Assembly (NCBI GenBank): GCA_002369415.1
Contig: DFEZ01000010.1
Coordinates: 6,059 to 70,058, forward strand
Reading direction: 5' to 3'
DNA length: 64,000 bases
Origin: Bacillales bacterium UBA3789
Lineage (GTDB): Bacteria; Bacillota_I; Bacilli_A; RF39; UBA660
Part shown: positions 30,885-41,325 of the stretch, piece by piece
Position numbering within the stretch: position 1 is the stretch's first letter
How the letters are laid out: each line of letters opens with the position of its first letter
Translations under genes and position numbers: made by a program
Notes under the pieces: generated by a model
Told to the model about the DNA's origin: nothing
The model's database searches: none
What the model saw: the letters and a program-made list of their open reading frames with translations, nothing else

Positions 30885-32189
30885 CTACTCCTTGTAATAG
30901 ATTTCAAAACCATTTATTTCTTTTTCTTTTTTACTAACTTCTTTTATATGATTATAAATATCTTCACAGAACTGTACATTATCATTATATTGAATATAGA
31001 AATATACATCATGCATAGAATCAATTTTTTTATTCATTGAAGATACTCCTTTATATCCAAAATTACCATATAATGGTACATCAAAATATGTAATCTTATG
31101 ATCTGTAGATATATCAAAAAACATATTTGATAAAGAGAACATATAATTATTACCCCTTTTATACTCTTTATAAACTTTATCTAATTCTTTTTCATATGAA
31201 TTAGTTGTTATATATCCTTCGAAATGTTTAAATTTAGAGAACTTCATATCTTTATAGACTGTTGTATTAACTGATATATTTATTAAGACCGTTACCAATA
31301 TTAAAGGTAAAGCTAGTTTCTTACATATATCAATAATATTATTATCTAATTCAGAAACAATAATTATAAAATATATCGCAATTAGATAATTCATATGAAA
31401 GAAATCTATAATTGGAATTATTAATGAAAATGATCCCAATAAATAATAATTATTTATATTTTTATGATCTTTAATAAATCTAATTATTAAATGAATAAAT
31501 ATTAATATACATATAATTACTGAAAACCAGTGAATTGTATTATTACTTTTACCAAAATCAAATAATCCAAGTAAACTTAAATTAATAAAACTATATAGTG
31601 ATTTTGTTACTAGTAGATATATTAAAAATATAATATTTGGTATTAAGAATGAGATAATTCTTTTTATATCTTTTTTTATACTAAAACAAGATATTAAACT
31701 ACATATTAAAACCATTCCTCCAATAGTATGTTTAGTTAAAAATAATAATCCTAATACTAATCCTATTAAATAATCATTAGCCTTATTCTTTTCTAAATAA
31801 ATAAGTAACGTGATTAAGAAAATTACTAAGAAATTATAATTAGGAAATATTGTATAAAATACAGGAAATATAAATACAAATAATAATATGTATGTTTTAT
31901 CTTTTAATAGTTTACTTAATAAGTAAAAATATACTGTTAAAAATAGAGATTGTTCTATTATATAGACAATATAACTATCTTTAATAAATAATCCTAAAGA
32001 CATAATAAATGGATATAGTGGTGTTGTGATAATATTAAAATCTTTATATGGAATCTCACCTATTCTGATTGCATGAGCCATTCCATAGTTCCAAATAATA
32101 TCTGTATTATTAAATCCAAAGAATATTAAAGATACTAAAAAGAATAAAAACAATAATAAATATTTGTAATTCTTCTTTATAAATTCCAT
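30885..32189 (-). CDS. GT-C-like membrane protein, paralog 3 of 4
   Basis: DIIWNYGMA..I..GEIPYKDFN, TKHTIG and GNFGYKG. Confidence 0.7.
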   Translation of the reverse strand: MEFIKKNYKYLLLFLFFLVSLIFFGFNNTDIIWNYGMAHAIRIGEIPYKDFNIITTPLYPFIMSLGLFIKDSYIVYIIEQSLFLTVYFYLLSKLLKDKTYILLFVFIFPVFYTIFPNYNFLVIFLITLLIYLEKNKANDYLIGLVLGLLFLTKHTIGGMVLICSLISCFSIKKDIKRIISFLIPNIIFLIYLLVTKSLYSFINLSLLGLFDFGKSNNTIHWFSVIICILIFIHLIIRFIKDHKNINNYYLLGSFSLIIPIIDFFHMNYLIAIYFIIIVSELDNNIIDICKKLALPLILVTVLINISVNTTVYKDMKFSKFKHFEGYITTNSYEKELDKVYKEYKRGNNYMFSLSNMFFDISTDHKITYFDVPLYGNFGYKGVSSMNKKIDSMHDVYFYIQYNDNVQFCEDIYNHIKEVSKKEKEINGFEIYYKE

Positions 32190-32199
32190 AATTCACCTT

Positions 32200-33531
32200 C
32201 TATTTTTTATAGTATATTTCATATAATTCAATCGTTTTAACTAATTCACTTTTTTTAATTACTTCTTGACCTAACTCTTTAATATACTGTTGATTATCAT
32301 TTTCATTAACAACCAACTCTTTATCAATAACGAAATATACATTATGTTTTTTATTAATCTTTTTTATCATTTTATTTACTCCGTTATAGCCATAATTACC
32401 ATAATTAGGTAAATCAAAATAATTTAATTTCTTATTATTAATTATCTTATAGAAATAGTTTTCTGATCCTCTCATAAAGAATATTACTTCTTTATCTAAA
32501 CCATCAGTATATTTAAGTAATTTTTTACTTGTATCACTATAGTCTTTAGTATTAATTACTAAACTAAAATTATTATAATTAGTTATAGTTAATGGATCTA
32601 AGAATTTAACTGAAATATAAGACCATATAATACAGATTAGACCTATGAAAAGGTATATGTATTTATATAGTTTATTATTTATAGTTAAATCTTTAATAAT
32701 AAATAATACTACTATTATTAAGAATAAAGATACATGGTAATAATCTATAATTGGTAATACTACACTACTAAATAATAATACGTAGTACATTAAAATATTC
32801 TTTTTATCTTTTATTGTTTTGTAAATTATATATATTAATCCTAAGATAAATAATATGAAATAGAATATATCTATACCACTGTTACTATTATTAAAATCTA
32901 ATAATCCTAAGAAACATAAATCTATAAAATTATATAGAGACCCTGTTATTAATAAGTAAATTAATAATACAAATATTGGAATTAGATAACCAATAGTCAT
33001 TTCTTTGAACTTTTTTCTATCTTTAAATAAATAATATATTGTTGGGATAAATAATACTATTCCAATAGTTTGTTTAGTACAGAATATTAATCCTAACAAT
33101 ATTCCTAATAAATAATTATTATCTTTCTTAAAGTAATATATAAACATTATAAATAGTAATAATATTAAGAAGTTATATCCTGGATATATTACTGATACAA
33201 ATGCTACTGGATATGGGATTATTAAACATAGTAAGAATAATATCCATTTTTTATTTATTAGTTTTTCTACATAATAGATCATTACTGTTAATAGTATGGC
33301 TTGTTCTAAATAATAGACAATTATATTCTTACATAGTAATAATCCTATAGAATATAAAATTGGTCCAAATGGAGATATTACCATATTAAAATCTTTATAT
33401 GGAATTTGTCCTTTACTTATAGCATAACTAAATCCGAAGTTAACAAAAGTATCTCCTCTAGATAAAGTAAAGATAAATACTAATGATATGAAAAAGAATA
33501 ATGCTATAGTAAAATATTTCAACCATTTCAT
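32200..33531 (-). CDS. GT-C-like membrane protein, paralog 2 of 4
   Basis: DTFVNFGFS..I..GQIPYKDFN, TKQTIG and GNYGYNG. Likely start MKWLK at 33531 after a GGTGA RBS (track start 33570). Confidence 0.7.
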   Translation of the reverse strand: MKWLKYFTIALFFFISLVFIFTLSRGDTFVNFGFSYAISKGQIPYKDFNMVISPFGPILYSIGLLLCKNIIVYYLEQAILLTVMIYYVEKLINKKWILFLLCLIIPYPVAFVSVIYPGYNFLILLLFIMFIYYFKKDNNYLLGILLGLIFCTKQTIGIVLFIPTIYYLFKDRKKFKEMTIGYLIPIFVLLIYLLITGSLYNFIDLCFLGLLDFNNSNSGIDIFYFILFILGLIYIIYKTIKDKKNILMYYVLLFSSVVLPIIDYYHVSLFLIIVVLFIIKDLTINNKLYKYIYLFIGLICIIWSYISVKFLDPLTITNYNNFSLVINTKDYSDTSKKLLKYTDGLDKEVIFFMRGSENYFYKIINNKKLNYFDLPNYGNYGYNGVNKMIKKINKKHNVYFVIDKELVVNENDNQQYIKELGQEVIKKSELVKTIELYEIYYKK

Positions 33532-33535
33532 TTTA

Positions 33536-34888
33536 TCACCACGATTCTTTATAATATATATCAAAACCATTTAATTGCTTTATTAACTTATATTTTTTAA
33601 CTAACTCAAGTAGATTTTTATCTAATTGGCATTGTTTATCATTACAACTATAATACTTTGAAACAACAAAATATATATCTTGTTCTTTATTTATTCTTTT
33701 TAATAATTTTGTTTTTCCATTTTTCCCTTGATTTCCTTTTAGTAAAATATAATAATTGTCTAATTTAGATTGAGAAGCAGAAATAAAGAAAATAGTTTTT
33801 GATGGATATCCTATATATATTACTTTTTTATTATTAACAAAATCAATAATATAATCATAATCCTTTTTTTCTTCTTGAGTTAATAATTCTAATTGGAAAT
33901 TTTGATATGAATAAAAATCTAGTCTTTTATAATAAGATTTTCCTATTAAAATATATGAAATTATAAATATAAATATAATTACAAAAGAAAATATATTTAT
34001 TTTCTTAGGAAGAGATAATTTCATATTATAAATAAAAACTAAAAAAGCAAATAATAAGTATTGACTTACATGATACTCTTCTACTAATGGATAAATAACA
34101 GGTAAATAAGCTAACGCGTAATAATAACTTATATTTTTACTTTTGTTTTTAATAAACTGGATCAATAGTATTAAAACCGTTATAATTAGTAAAACTATAT
34201 ATAATGGCTGTGCTATAAAACTATTCGAAAACTCTGACATATTCAAAAAACATAAATCAATAAATTTATATAAGCTCTTTGATACTAATAAGTATATTAA
34301 GAAAGCAATTATGGGGAATAATCCAAATAAAAATCTAGTGAAAGACTTCTTTTTATTTTTTAATATTGGATATAGTATTGCTACTACAAATATGAAAATC
34401 CCTATATTATGCTTAGTTATAATTGCTATTCCTGCTATTAAACCAATTAATTTATCTGACTTATTATTTTCCTCAAAATATAAAAGAAGTAATAATTCAA
34501 ATAAGATTAAGAAATTATATCCAGGAAAAATACAATATGCAAAGCAAAAAATAAATGGACAAAATAAGGATACTATTACTATCCAGGCTTTTTCTTTCAT
34601 TAATTTAAACAAACAATAACAAAAAGCAACTAATAGAATAGCTTGTTCAATATAATAAACAATAATAGATTTGTTTATTAATAATCCAATACTGTATAGA
34701 AATGGTCCAAATAAAGGTACAATAATATTGAAATCTCTATATGGAATTTGTCCGTTTGCTATGCCATAGCTGAATCCATAATTTACATATGTATCCATAC
34801 GGAATGGTATATAGAAAAATATCATTGATGAAAAAAACAATATAAATAATAAACTGTATTTAATAATAGAATTTTTATTCATAACCAT
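33536..34888 (-). CDS. GT-C-like membrane protein, paralog 1 of 4
   Basis: DTYVNYGFS..I..GQIPYRDFN, TKHNIG and GNQGKNG. Confidence 0.7.
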   Translation of the reverse strand: MVMNKNSIIKYSLLFILFFSSMIFFYIPFRMDTYVNYGFSYGIANGQIPYRDFNIIVPLFGPFLYSIGLLINKSIIVYYIEQAILLVAFCYCLFKLMKEKAWIVIVSLFCPFIFCFAYCIFPGYNFLILFELLLLLYFEENNKSDKLIGLIAGIAIITKHNIGIFIFVVAILYPILKNKKKSFTRFLFGLFPIIAFLIYLLVSKSLYKFIDLCFLNMSEFSNSFIAQPLYIVLLIITVLILLIQFIKNKSKNISYYYALAYLPVIYPLVEEYHVSQYLLFAFLVFIYNMKLSLPKKINIFSFVIIFIFIISYILIGKSYYKRLDFYSYQNFQLELLTQEEKKDYDYIIDFVNNKKVIYIGYPSKTIFFISASQSKLDNYYILLKGNQGKNGKTKLLKRINKEQDIYFVVSKYYSCNDKQCQLDKNLLELVKKYKLIKQLNGFDIYYKESW

Positions 34889-34931
34889 TCTCCTATAAAT
34901 ATAATATCAAAAAAAAAGAAATAGTTAAATA

Positions 34932-35633
34932 CTATTCCTTTATTTCAAAGTGATTACCATTATCTAAATAAAGTATTCCTTTATGACCTTCTAATTGAGG
35001 TAATACTTCATTATAATGGTTTAATGTCTTAAACTTAGTTAAAGTTAAATAAACCATATTTCCATCATCCATATAAAGTAAGAATCTATCTTTATCATAA
35101 TCATTTGGTTTATATTCAATATCACTTGTTTTTAATATTATTTCTCTTTTTATTCTATTCATACCTTTTATAAATTGATTGAATTTTTTATCAGGTACAT
35201 AGTTTAATAATCTTGGTACATTAAAATCACTATTAATATTATCTTCTTTTATTTCTTTTCCATTACTTAATACATATTTACTTGTATTAGTATTATAAAA
35301 AATTGGTGTGTTTTCAGTAATATTTATTTCTAATATGAAACCATATTTTTTATTTATTTTAACTTCTTCTATATATTCTGAATCTAGTAATTTCTTTGTC
35401 ATTTTTGATGAACTTGTTAATAAAAAGCTTGGATAATCCTTTATACCAGCAAGTTCAATAATATAGTCATCATTTAAATATGTAGTACCTTTTATTAATA
35501 TGTTTTTTATTGGTACATTAAATAAAAAGTAAAATGCAAAAAATAGTCCTATTAAAACTAAAAGAACTATCAATAAATTAAATACTTTTAATTTCCTTTT
35601 TTTGACTATTTTTTTTGACATAATTACTCCCAA
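34932..35633 (-). CDS. divIB: Cell division protein DivIB/FtsQ
   Basis: Basic N-terminus, TM and POTRA-like domain; LYMDDGN motif; follows murB. Confidence 0.88.
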   Translation of the reverse strand: MGVIMSKKIVKKRKLKVFNLLIVLLVLIGLFFAFYFLFNVPIKNILIKGTTYLNDDYIIELAGIKDYPSFLLTSSSKMTKKLLDSEYIEEVKINKKYGFILEINITENTPIFYNTNTSKYVLSNGKEIKEDNINSDFNVPRLLNYVPDKKFNQFIKGMNRIKREIILKTSDIEYKPNDYDKDRFLLYMDDGNMVYLTLTKFKTLNHYNEVLPQLEGHKGILYLDNGNHFEIKE

Positions 35634-36532
35634 TTAACAAATTCTTGTTCTATTTTTAAGTCTATACCATATTCTTTTAATACTTTTTCATGTGCAAGAT
35701 CTATTAAATATTTTATATCTTCACTTTTTGCATTCTTATAATTAATAACAAAGTTAGCGTGTTTATCACTTATCATTGCACCACCATGTATTTTACCTTT
35801 TAAGCCTACTCCATCAATTAATTGCCATGCAGCTTTATCATCTGGATTTCTAAATACTGAACCAGCTGATGGGTATTCTAGTGGTTGAGAATCCAATCTT
35901 CTTTGTTTTCTTTCTTTAATTACTTCTTCTATTGCTGATCTTTTTCCTTTTTTAAGTTCAATTGTTGTCTCTAAACAAATATAGTCTGGATGTTTTTGTA
36001 AGAAACTTGTTCTATAGTGAAAGTTCATTTCTTTATTAACTAGAGTTAATACTTTTAAATCTGGTGTTAATACTTTTACTGTTTCAACTACATAACCCAT
36101 ATCAGATTTATAGGCACCTGCATTCATAAATACAGCTCCACCAACAGTTCCTGGAATACCTGATGCAAACTCAAGACCAGTTAATCCTTTTTTTGCAGCC
36201 ATTAAGCTTAATTTTACTAATGGGTATCCTGCTCCTACTCTGATTTTATTTTTAGCTAAGAATTTTATTTCATTAAATTCACTTAATTTAATTAATATTC
36301 CTTCATAGGGTTTATCACTAAATAATAAGTTAGAACCATTACCCAATATTTTATGTTTTATATTATTTGATTTTAAGATTGTTAATAAATCTATTAATTT
36401 ATCTACGTTTTTTGGATAAACTATACATCTTGCAGTTCCACCTGCTCTATAAGTAGTATATTTCTTTAATGAAACATTTTCTTCTACTTTTCCAATGTTT
36501 TTATCTTTTATGATTTCAATTATTTCATCCAT
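35624..36532 (-). CDS. murB: UDP-N-acetylenolpyruvoylglucosamine reductase
   Basis: LGNGSNLL, GIPGTVGGAVFMNAGAY, SAGSVFRNP and KHANF motifs. Confidence 0.97.
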   Translation of the reverse strand: MDEIIEIIKDKNIGKVEENVSLKKYTTYRAGGTARCIVYPKNVDKLIDLLTILKSNNIKHKILGNGSNLLFSDKPYEGILIKLSEFNEIKFLAKNKIRVGAGYPLVKLSLMAAKKGLTGLEFASGIPGTVGGAVFMNAGAYKSDMGYVVETVKVLTPDLKVLTLVNKEMNFHYRTSFLQKHPDYICLETTIELKKGKRSAIEEVIKERKQRRLDSQPLEYPSAGSVFRNPDDKAAWQLIDGVGLKGKIHGGAMISDKHANFVINYKNAKSEDIKYLIDLAHEKVLKEYGIDLKIEQEFVNWE

Positions 36533-36536
36533 ATTA

Positions 36537-37613
36537 TCACCTTATTATTTTTTTCATTTCTTCATATATTCTTGTTGATGAATCATCTATTCCTAATTTT
36601 CTTGAGTTAACAACCATCTTATCATATTCTTCTTTGTTATCAAACATCTTATCTATTTCATGAATAATTCTATCTTTTGAGAATTCATCTTCTGTTACGA
36701 TAACACAAGCTCCTCTGTCTTCTAATTCTTTAGCGTTTTTATATTGATGATTATTTGTTACATATGGTGAAGGTACTAAGATTGCTGGTAAACCGATAGC
36801 AGTTATTTCAGCAATTGTAGATGCTCCAGCACGTGATACTATTAAATCACTATCTTTCATTAGATTTATTAAATCATCCATGAAAGGAACTATTTTAACG
36901 TTATCACTTACATTAATATCTTTATATTCATCAAAATATTTTTTACCTGTAATTACTAATACTTGATAAGCTTTATTATTAAAACCAGGAATTAATTCTT
37001 TAATTTTCTCAGTCATTGTAGTACTTCCAAGGGACCCCATAACCACAATAACTAGTTTCTTATCTTGATTAAATCCTAATGAGGATTTATTTTTCTTTTT
37101 TACATTTATTATTTCTTCACTTCTTGGATTACCTGTATATACTGTTTTATTCTTAGGGAATAGTTTTAGACTATTTGGAAGTGATACACATATTCTATCT
37201 GAAAAATTACCTATAAATTTATTAGACATTCCTGGAATAGAATTTTGCTCATGTATTAGAGTTGGTACTTTAAGTTTATGTGCTGCATATAATACTGGTG
37301 CTGTTATATATCCACCTGCTCCTATTACAACATCTGGTTTAAAATCTTTTATTATTTCTTTTGCTTTAGATACAGCTTTATTAAATTTCTTTATTACTCT
37401 TACATTTGAAAAGATATTCTTTCTATTTAGTCCTTCCATATCTATTCCAACAAACTTTATACCTAAATTTGGAATAATATCTTTTTCCATTCTGTCACTT
37501 GTACCGATATATAAAAACTCTACTTTTTTTTCTTTTTCTTTTATCTTATTTATGATTGCTATTGCTGGGTAGATATGTCCACCCGTTCCTCCAGCTACAA
37601 CTATTACTTTCAT
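36537..37613 (-). CDS. murG: Lipid II GlcNAc transferase MurG
   Basis: GGTGGHIYPA, HEQN, GNPR, GSLG, SRAGA and HQYKNA motifs. Confidence 0.97.
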   Translation of the reverse strand: MKVIVVAGGTGGHIYPAIAIINKIKEKEKKVEFLYIGTSDRMEKDIIPNLGIKFVGIDMEGLNRKNIFSNVRVIKKFNKAVSKAKEIIKDFKPDVVIGAGGYITAPVLYAAHKLKVPTLIHEQNSIPGMSNKFIGNFSDRICVSLPNSLKLFPKNKTVYTGNPRSEEIINVKKKNKSSLGFNQDKKLVIVVMGSLGSTTMTEKIKELIPGFNNKAYQVLVITGKKYFDEYKDINVSDNVKIVPFMDDLINLMKDSDLIVSRAGASTIAEITAIGLPAILVPSPYVTNNHQYKNAKELEDRGACVIVTEDEFSKDRIIHEIDKMFDNKEEYDKMVVNSRKLGIDDSSTRIYEEMKKIIR

Positions 37614-37748
37614 ACAATCACTCCATCTACCAAAATTATATCATAAAATTAATAATATATTTGTAAATCAAAGGAAAAAACAAATACTTTACATAAATTG
37701 TAAAAGAATAATTATTGTGATAAAATACATACTGAAAAGAGGGATAGT

Positions 37749-38897
37749 ATGAAGGCTATTGGTGTTATTGCAGAATATAATCCATTTCATAATGGACATT
37801 TATATCATCTTAATACAATTAAAGAAAAATACCCAGATTATGTAATAGTTTTAGTACTATCTGGTAATTATACTCAAAGAGGAGATATTTCAATACTAGA
37901 TAAATTCAAAAAGACTGAGATAGCTTTAAAATATGGAGTTGATTTAGTTATAGAATTACCTTTTCCATTTGCGACTCAGTCAGCTGATTTCTTCTCATTT
38001 GGAGCAATTACTCTACTTGAGGCTTTAAACGTAGAAAGAGTTATATTTGGAAGTGAATCTGATAATATAGAAGATCTTAAGTTAATAGCAGAGACTCAAC
38101 TTAATAATCCTGAGTTTGATAAACTTACTAAGATATATTCTAAATTAGGTAAGAATTATCCTACTGCTTTATCTTCTGCATTATATGATCTTACTGGTAA
38201 GAGTATTACTTCTCCTAATGATTTACTCGGTATTAGTTATATTAAGACTATATTAAAGTATAATTATAATATTATTCCTGAAACTATTAAGAGATTAGAT
38301 AATTATCATGATTTAGAATTAGATCAAGATACATCTTCTGCTTCAGCAATTAGAGAAGCATTAAAAAATAATAAATCAATCAAAGGACAAGTTCCATATG
38401 ATGAGTCATTCCTTGATAATAGACATTTTATAGATGAGTTCTTTAATATATTAAAATATAAAATTATTACAGAAGAAGATTTATCTATTTATCAGACTGT
38501 TGATGAAGGAATAGATAGATTAATAAAACGTGAAATTACTAAGTCTAATAATTATGATGAATTAATTAAAAATATTAAGTCTAAACGTTATACTTATAAT
38601 AAAATTAGTAGAATGTTACTTCATATATTATGTAATTTTACTAAAGATAAAGCTAATAGTTTTAGAGAGATTAAATATATTAGAATATTGGGTCTTAATA
38701 AGAATGGTAGTAGTTATCTTAATAAAATTAAAAAGACTTCTACTCTACCTATTATTAGTAAAATTACTAGAGAAAAAGATCCTATGTTAGATTATGAAAT
38801 TGAAACTACTAAGATATATGATATTATTTGTAATAATAATTTAGTTAATAGAGAATTTGAAAGTATAATATATATAGGAGATGATAATAATGATTAA
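37749..38897 (+). CDS. tmcAL: tRNA(Met) cytidine acetate ligase (YlbM family)
   Basis: AEYNPFHNGH, SGNYTQRG, FGSE, PNDLLG and SASAIR motifs. Confidence 0.92.
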   Translation: MKAIGVIAEYNPFHNGHLYHLNTIKEKYPDYVIVLVLSGNYTQRGDISILDKFKKTEIALKYGVDLVIELPFPFATQSADFFSFGAITLLEALNVERVIFGSESDNIEDLKLIAETQLNNPEFDKLTKIYSKLGKNYPTALSSALYDLTGKSITSPNDLLGISYIKTILKYNYNIIPETIKRLDNYHDLELDQDTSSASAIREALKNNKSIKGQVPYDESFLDNRHFIDEFFNILKYKIITEEDLSIYQTVDEGIDRLIKREITKSNNYDELIKNIKSKRYTYNKISRMLLHILCNFTKDKANSFREIKYIRILGLNKNGSSYLNKIKKTSTLPIISKITREKDPMLDYEIETTKIYDIICNNNLVNREFESIIYIGDDNND

Positions 38898-39579
38898 ACA
38901 AAAGAGGCAAGGTCAATTAATAGTTGTATCTGGACCATCAGGTGCTGGAAAAGATACTATTGTTAGTGAATTACTTAAGAAGAATGATAATATTTGGTTA
39001 TCAGTATCAGCAACTTCTAGAAAACCTAGAAAAGGAGAAGTTGAAGGAGTTAATTATTTCTTTATAGAAGAAAAGGAATTCAAAAAGAAGATTAAAGAGA
39101 ATTACTTTTTAGAATATGCAAAGTATGCTGATAATTATTATGGTACTCCTAAGGAAGAGATTATTAAAAAATTAGATAAAGGAATAGATGTTATCCTTGT
39201 AATTGAAATTGAGGGAGCTAAAAAGATTAAGGAGATTGCTCCTGAGACATTATTCATCTTTATAATGCCTCCATCAGAAAAAGAATTATTAAAGAGATTA
39301 GCTAATAGACAAACTGAAGATAAAGAAAAGATTATTAAGAGATTTAATATTGCATATCAAGAGATGAATGAAGTTACTAAATACAATTATGTTGTTGTTA
39401 ATGATAAGATTGAGAATGCTGTTGATAAGATGGAAGCAATTATTAAAGCTGAAAAATGCAGAGTTGATAGAATTGAAGAAATGTTAGTTGCTAATAAAGA
39501 GGAACTTATCCATGAGTTCTTAATGGATGAAGAATTTGATAATTCAAGAATTTCTGAAAAGATTGGTGATGAAGAATGA
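38890..39579 (+). CDS. gmk: Guanylate kinase
   Basis: SGPSGAGKDT, SATSRKPR and YYGTP motifs. Start 38890 fits AGGAG RBS spacing better than 38881. Confidence 0.95.
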   Translation: MIKQKRQGQLIVVSGPSGAGKDTIVSELLKKNDNIWLSVSATSRKPRKGEVEGVNYFFIEEKEFKKKIKENYFLEYAKYADNYYGTPKEEIIKKLDKGIDVILVIEIEGAKKIKEIAPETLFIFIMPPSEKELLKRLANRQTEDKEKIIKRFNIAYQEMNEVTKYNYVVVNDKIENAVDKMEAIIKAEKCRVDRIEEMLVANKEELIHEFLMDEEFDNSRISEKIGDEE

Positions 39580-39905
39580 AATTAAAATTAAATAATTATA
39601 TATCTGAATTAGAAGATAAAATTAAAAATAATAAAATAGAAAAAGGTCTTGCTGAAGAAGTACTTACAACTATTGGTTTCTTTCAACATGAAAGATTTGT
39701 ACATTTACTTGTTACAGTGTTTGTAGGTATATCTTGTATATTATTCTTACTTGGAACATTACAATTTGAATTAACTGGACTATTACTATTATTTATTATT
39801 ACATTATTATTATTTATTCCTTATATATTTCATTATTATTACTTAGAAAATGGTACTCAAAAGTTATATGATTTATACTATGAAATAAAAAAGAATACTA
39901 AATAG
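39576..39905 (+). CDS. Small two-TM hypothetical protein
   Basis: FFQHERFVHL, two TMs, HYYYLENG; overlaps the gmk stop (ATGA). Confidence 0.75.
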   Translation: MKLKLNNYISELEDKIKNNKIEKGLAEEVLTTIGFFQHERFVHLLVTVFVGISCILFLLGTLQFELTGLLLLFIITLLLFIPYIFHYYYLENGTQKLYDLYYEIKKNTK

Positions 39906-39940
39906 TATGGTATTCTTTTTATTTTTGATATAATTATTGT

Positions 39941-41302
39941 ATGAAGAAAATAGATAAGTTTATATATTACAATTCAATAGTATTATTAATTGTTCCGATA
40001 CTTATATATTGGATTTTTTTTACTAGGACATTTATTGGAATACCGATGAGTTTTTTTACTATTTATTTATCATATAGAGTGTTCAAAAATTATAAAGAGA
40101 GTAAATATATGCCAAATAAGAAATATTGGTTAATTGCAGTTATATCAATATTTTTATGGCTATTTTTTTCTGGAGTTGGCGGTTTTTCTTTTCAAAATGA
40201 AGATTTTCATTATAGAAATGCTTTGCTTAGAGACCTAATTAATTATTCTTGGCCAGTTAAATATGATAATTATGGGCTTGTATATTATTTTACTTATTTT
40301 TTACCCTGTGCATTAGTTGGCAAAATAACCAATTTTAGTATTGCCAATATATTTTTGTTCATTTACTCATATATATCAATTCTTAGTATTTTATATTTAA
40401 TAAATAGATATATTGGAAAGGACTCTACTTATTCATTAATACTACTTATATTTTTTAGTGGATTAGATGTCCTAGTAGCAGGAAAGAATGCTTTATCTTT
40501 TAGTCATATAGAATGGTATACTAATTTTTTTCAATATTCTGCAAATACAACTTTATTGTATTGGGTTTTTAATCAAACTATACCTATTTGGCTAATAACT
40601 ATTTTATTGTTAAATTTAAGTAATAATAAAAATATATTATTTATATCTTCTTTATCATTCTTCTATTCTCCTTTTGCAACCATTATGATTGTTCCAATAT
40701 CAGTCTATTTATATTTAAAAAATACCAATAACATTATTAAAAATATAGTTTCTTTAGAATTTATTAATGCATTAATAATACTATTTGTTTTAGGATCATT
40801 CTACTTATCTGGTAATGGTATTGGTTTCTTTTGTTTCCTTTTAAGTACAAATAATTCTAAGGTTATATTATTATTAACTTATATTTCATTTATATTAATA
40901 GAATTAGGATTATATGTTATACCTACTTTTAAAGTTTATAAGAATGATAAACTATATTTAATAGTTATTATTATTCTTCTAAGTATTCCTTTTTGTATAA
41001 TGTCTATCAATAATGATTTTATTAGTAGAACTAGTATTGCTCCTCTATTTATACTTATGGTTTACTTTATCAAATATTTAGAATCTGGCAAGAAAAGGAT
41101 TATTATTTATTTTTTATTATTAATTACATTTATTAATCCTATACATGAAATTGGTAGAAGTGTTTATTTTACATTTACTACCAGTGATTATATAACTGAT
41201 GATATTATTAGTCTTGGTAATCCTAAAATATATAAGAAAAAAGTTAAATATGAAATGTATGGTAATTTAAATAGTTTTTATTATAAATATTTAAGTAAAT
41301 AA
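39941..41302 (+). CDS. Multi-TM membrane protein, GT-C glycosyltransferase-like
   Basis: Loop QNEDFHYRNALLRDLINYSWPV, LVYY, FSGLD, WVFNQ and NDFISR; many TMs. Confidence 0.6.
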   Translation: MKKIDKFIYYNSIVLLIVPILIYWIFFTRTFIGIPMSFFTIYLSYRVFKNYKESKYMPNKKYWLIAVISIFLWLFFSGVGGFSFQNEDFHYRNALLRDLINYSWPVKYDNYGLVYYFTYFLPCALVGKITNFSIANIFLFIYSYISILSILYLINRYIGKDSTYSLILLIFFSGLDVLVAGKNALSFSHIEWYTNFFQYSANTTLLYWVFNQTIPIWLITILLLNLSNNKNILFISSLSFFYSPFATIMIVPISVYLYLKNTNNIIKNIVSLEFINALIILFVLGSFYLSGNGIGFFCFLLSTNNSKVILLLTYISFILIELGLYVIPTFKVYKNDKLYLIVIIILLSIPFCIMSINNDFISRTSIAPLFILMVYFIKYLESGKKRIIIYFLLLITFINPIHEIGRSVYFTFTTSDYITDDIISLGNPKIYKKKVKYEMYGNLNSFYYKYLSK

Positions 41303-41325
41303 AAAAGCACTAAATGTGCTTTTTT
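41301..41325. terminator. Bidirectional terminator
   Basis: AAAAAAGCAC-taaat-GTGCTTTTTT between convergent genes. Confidence 0.8.
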
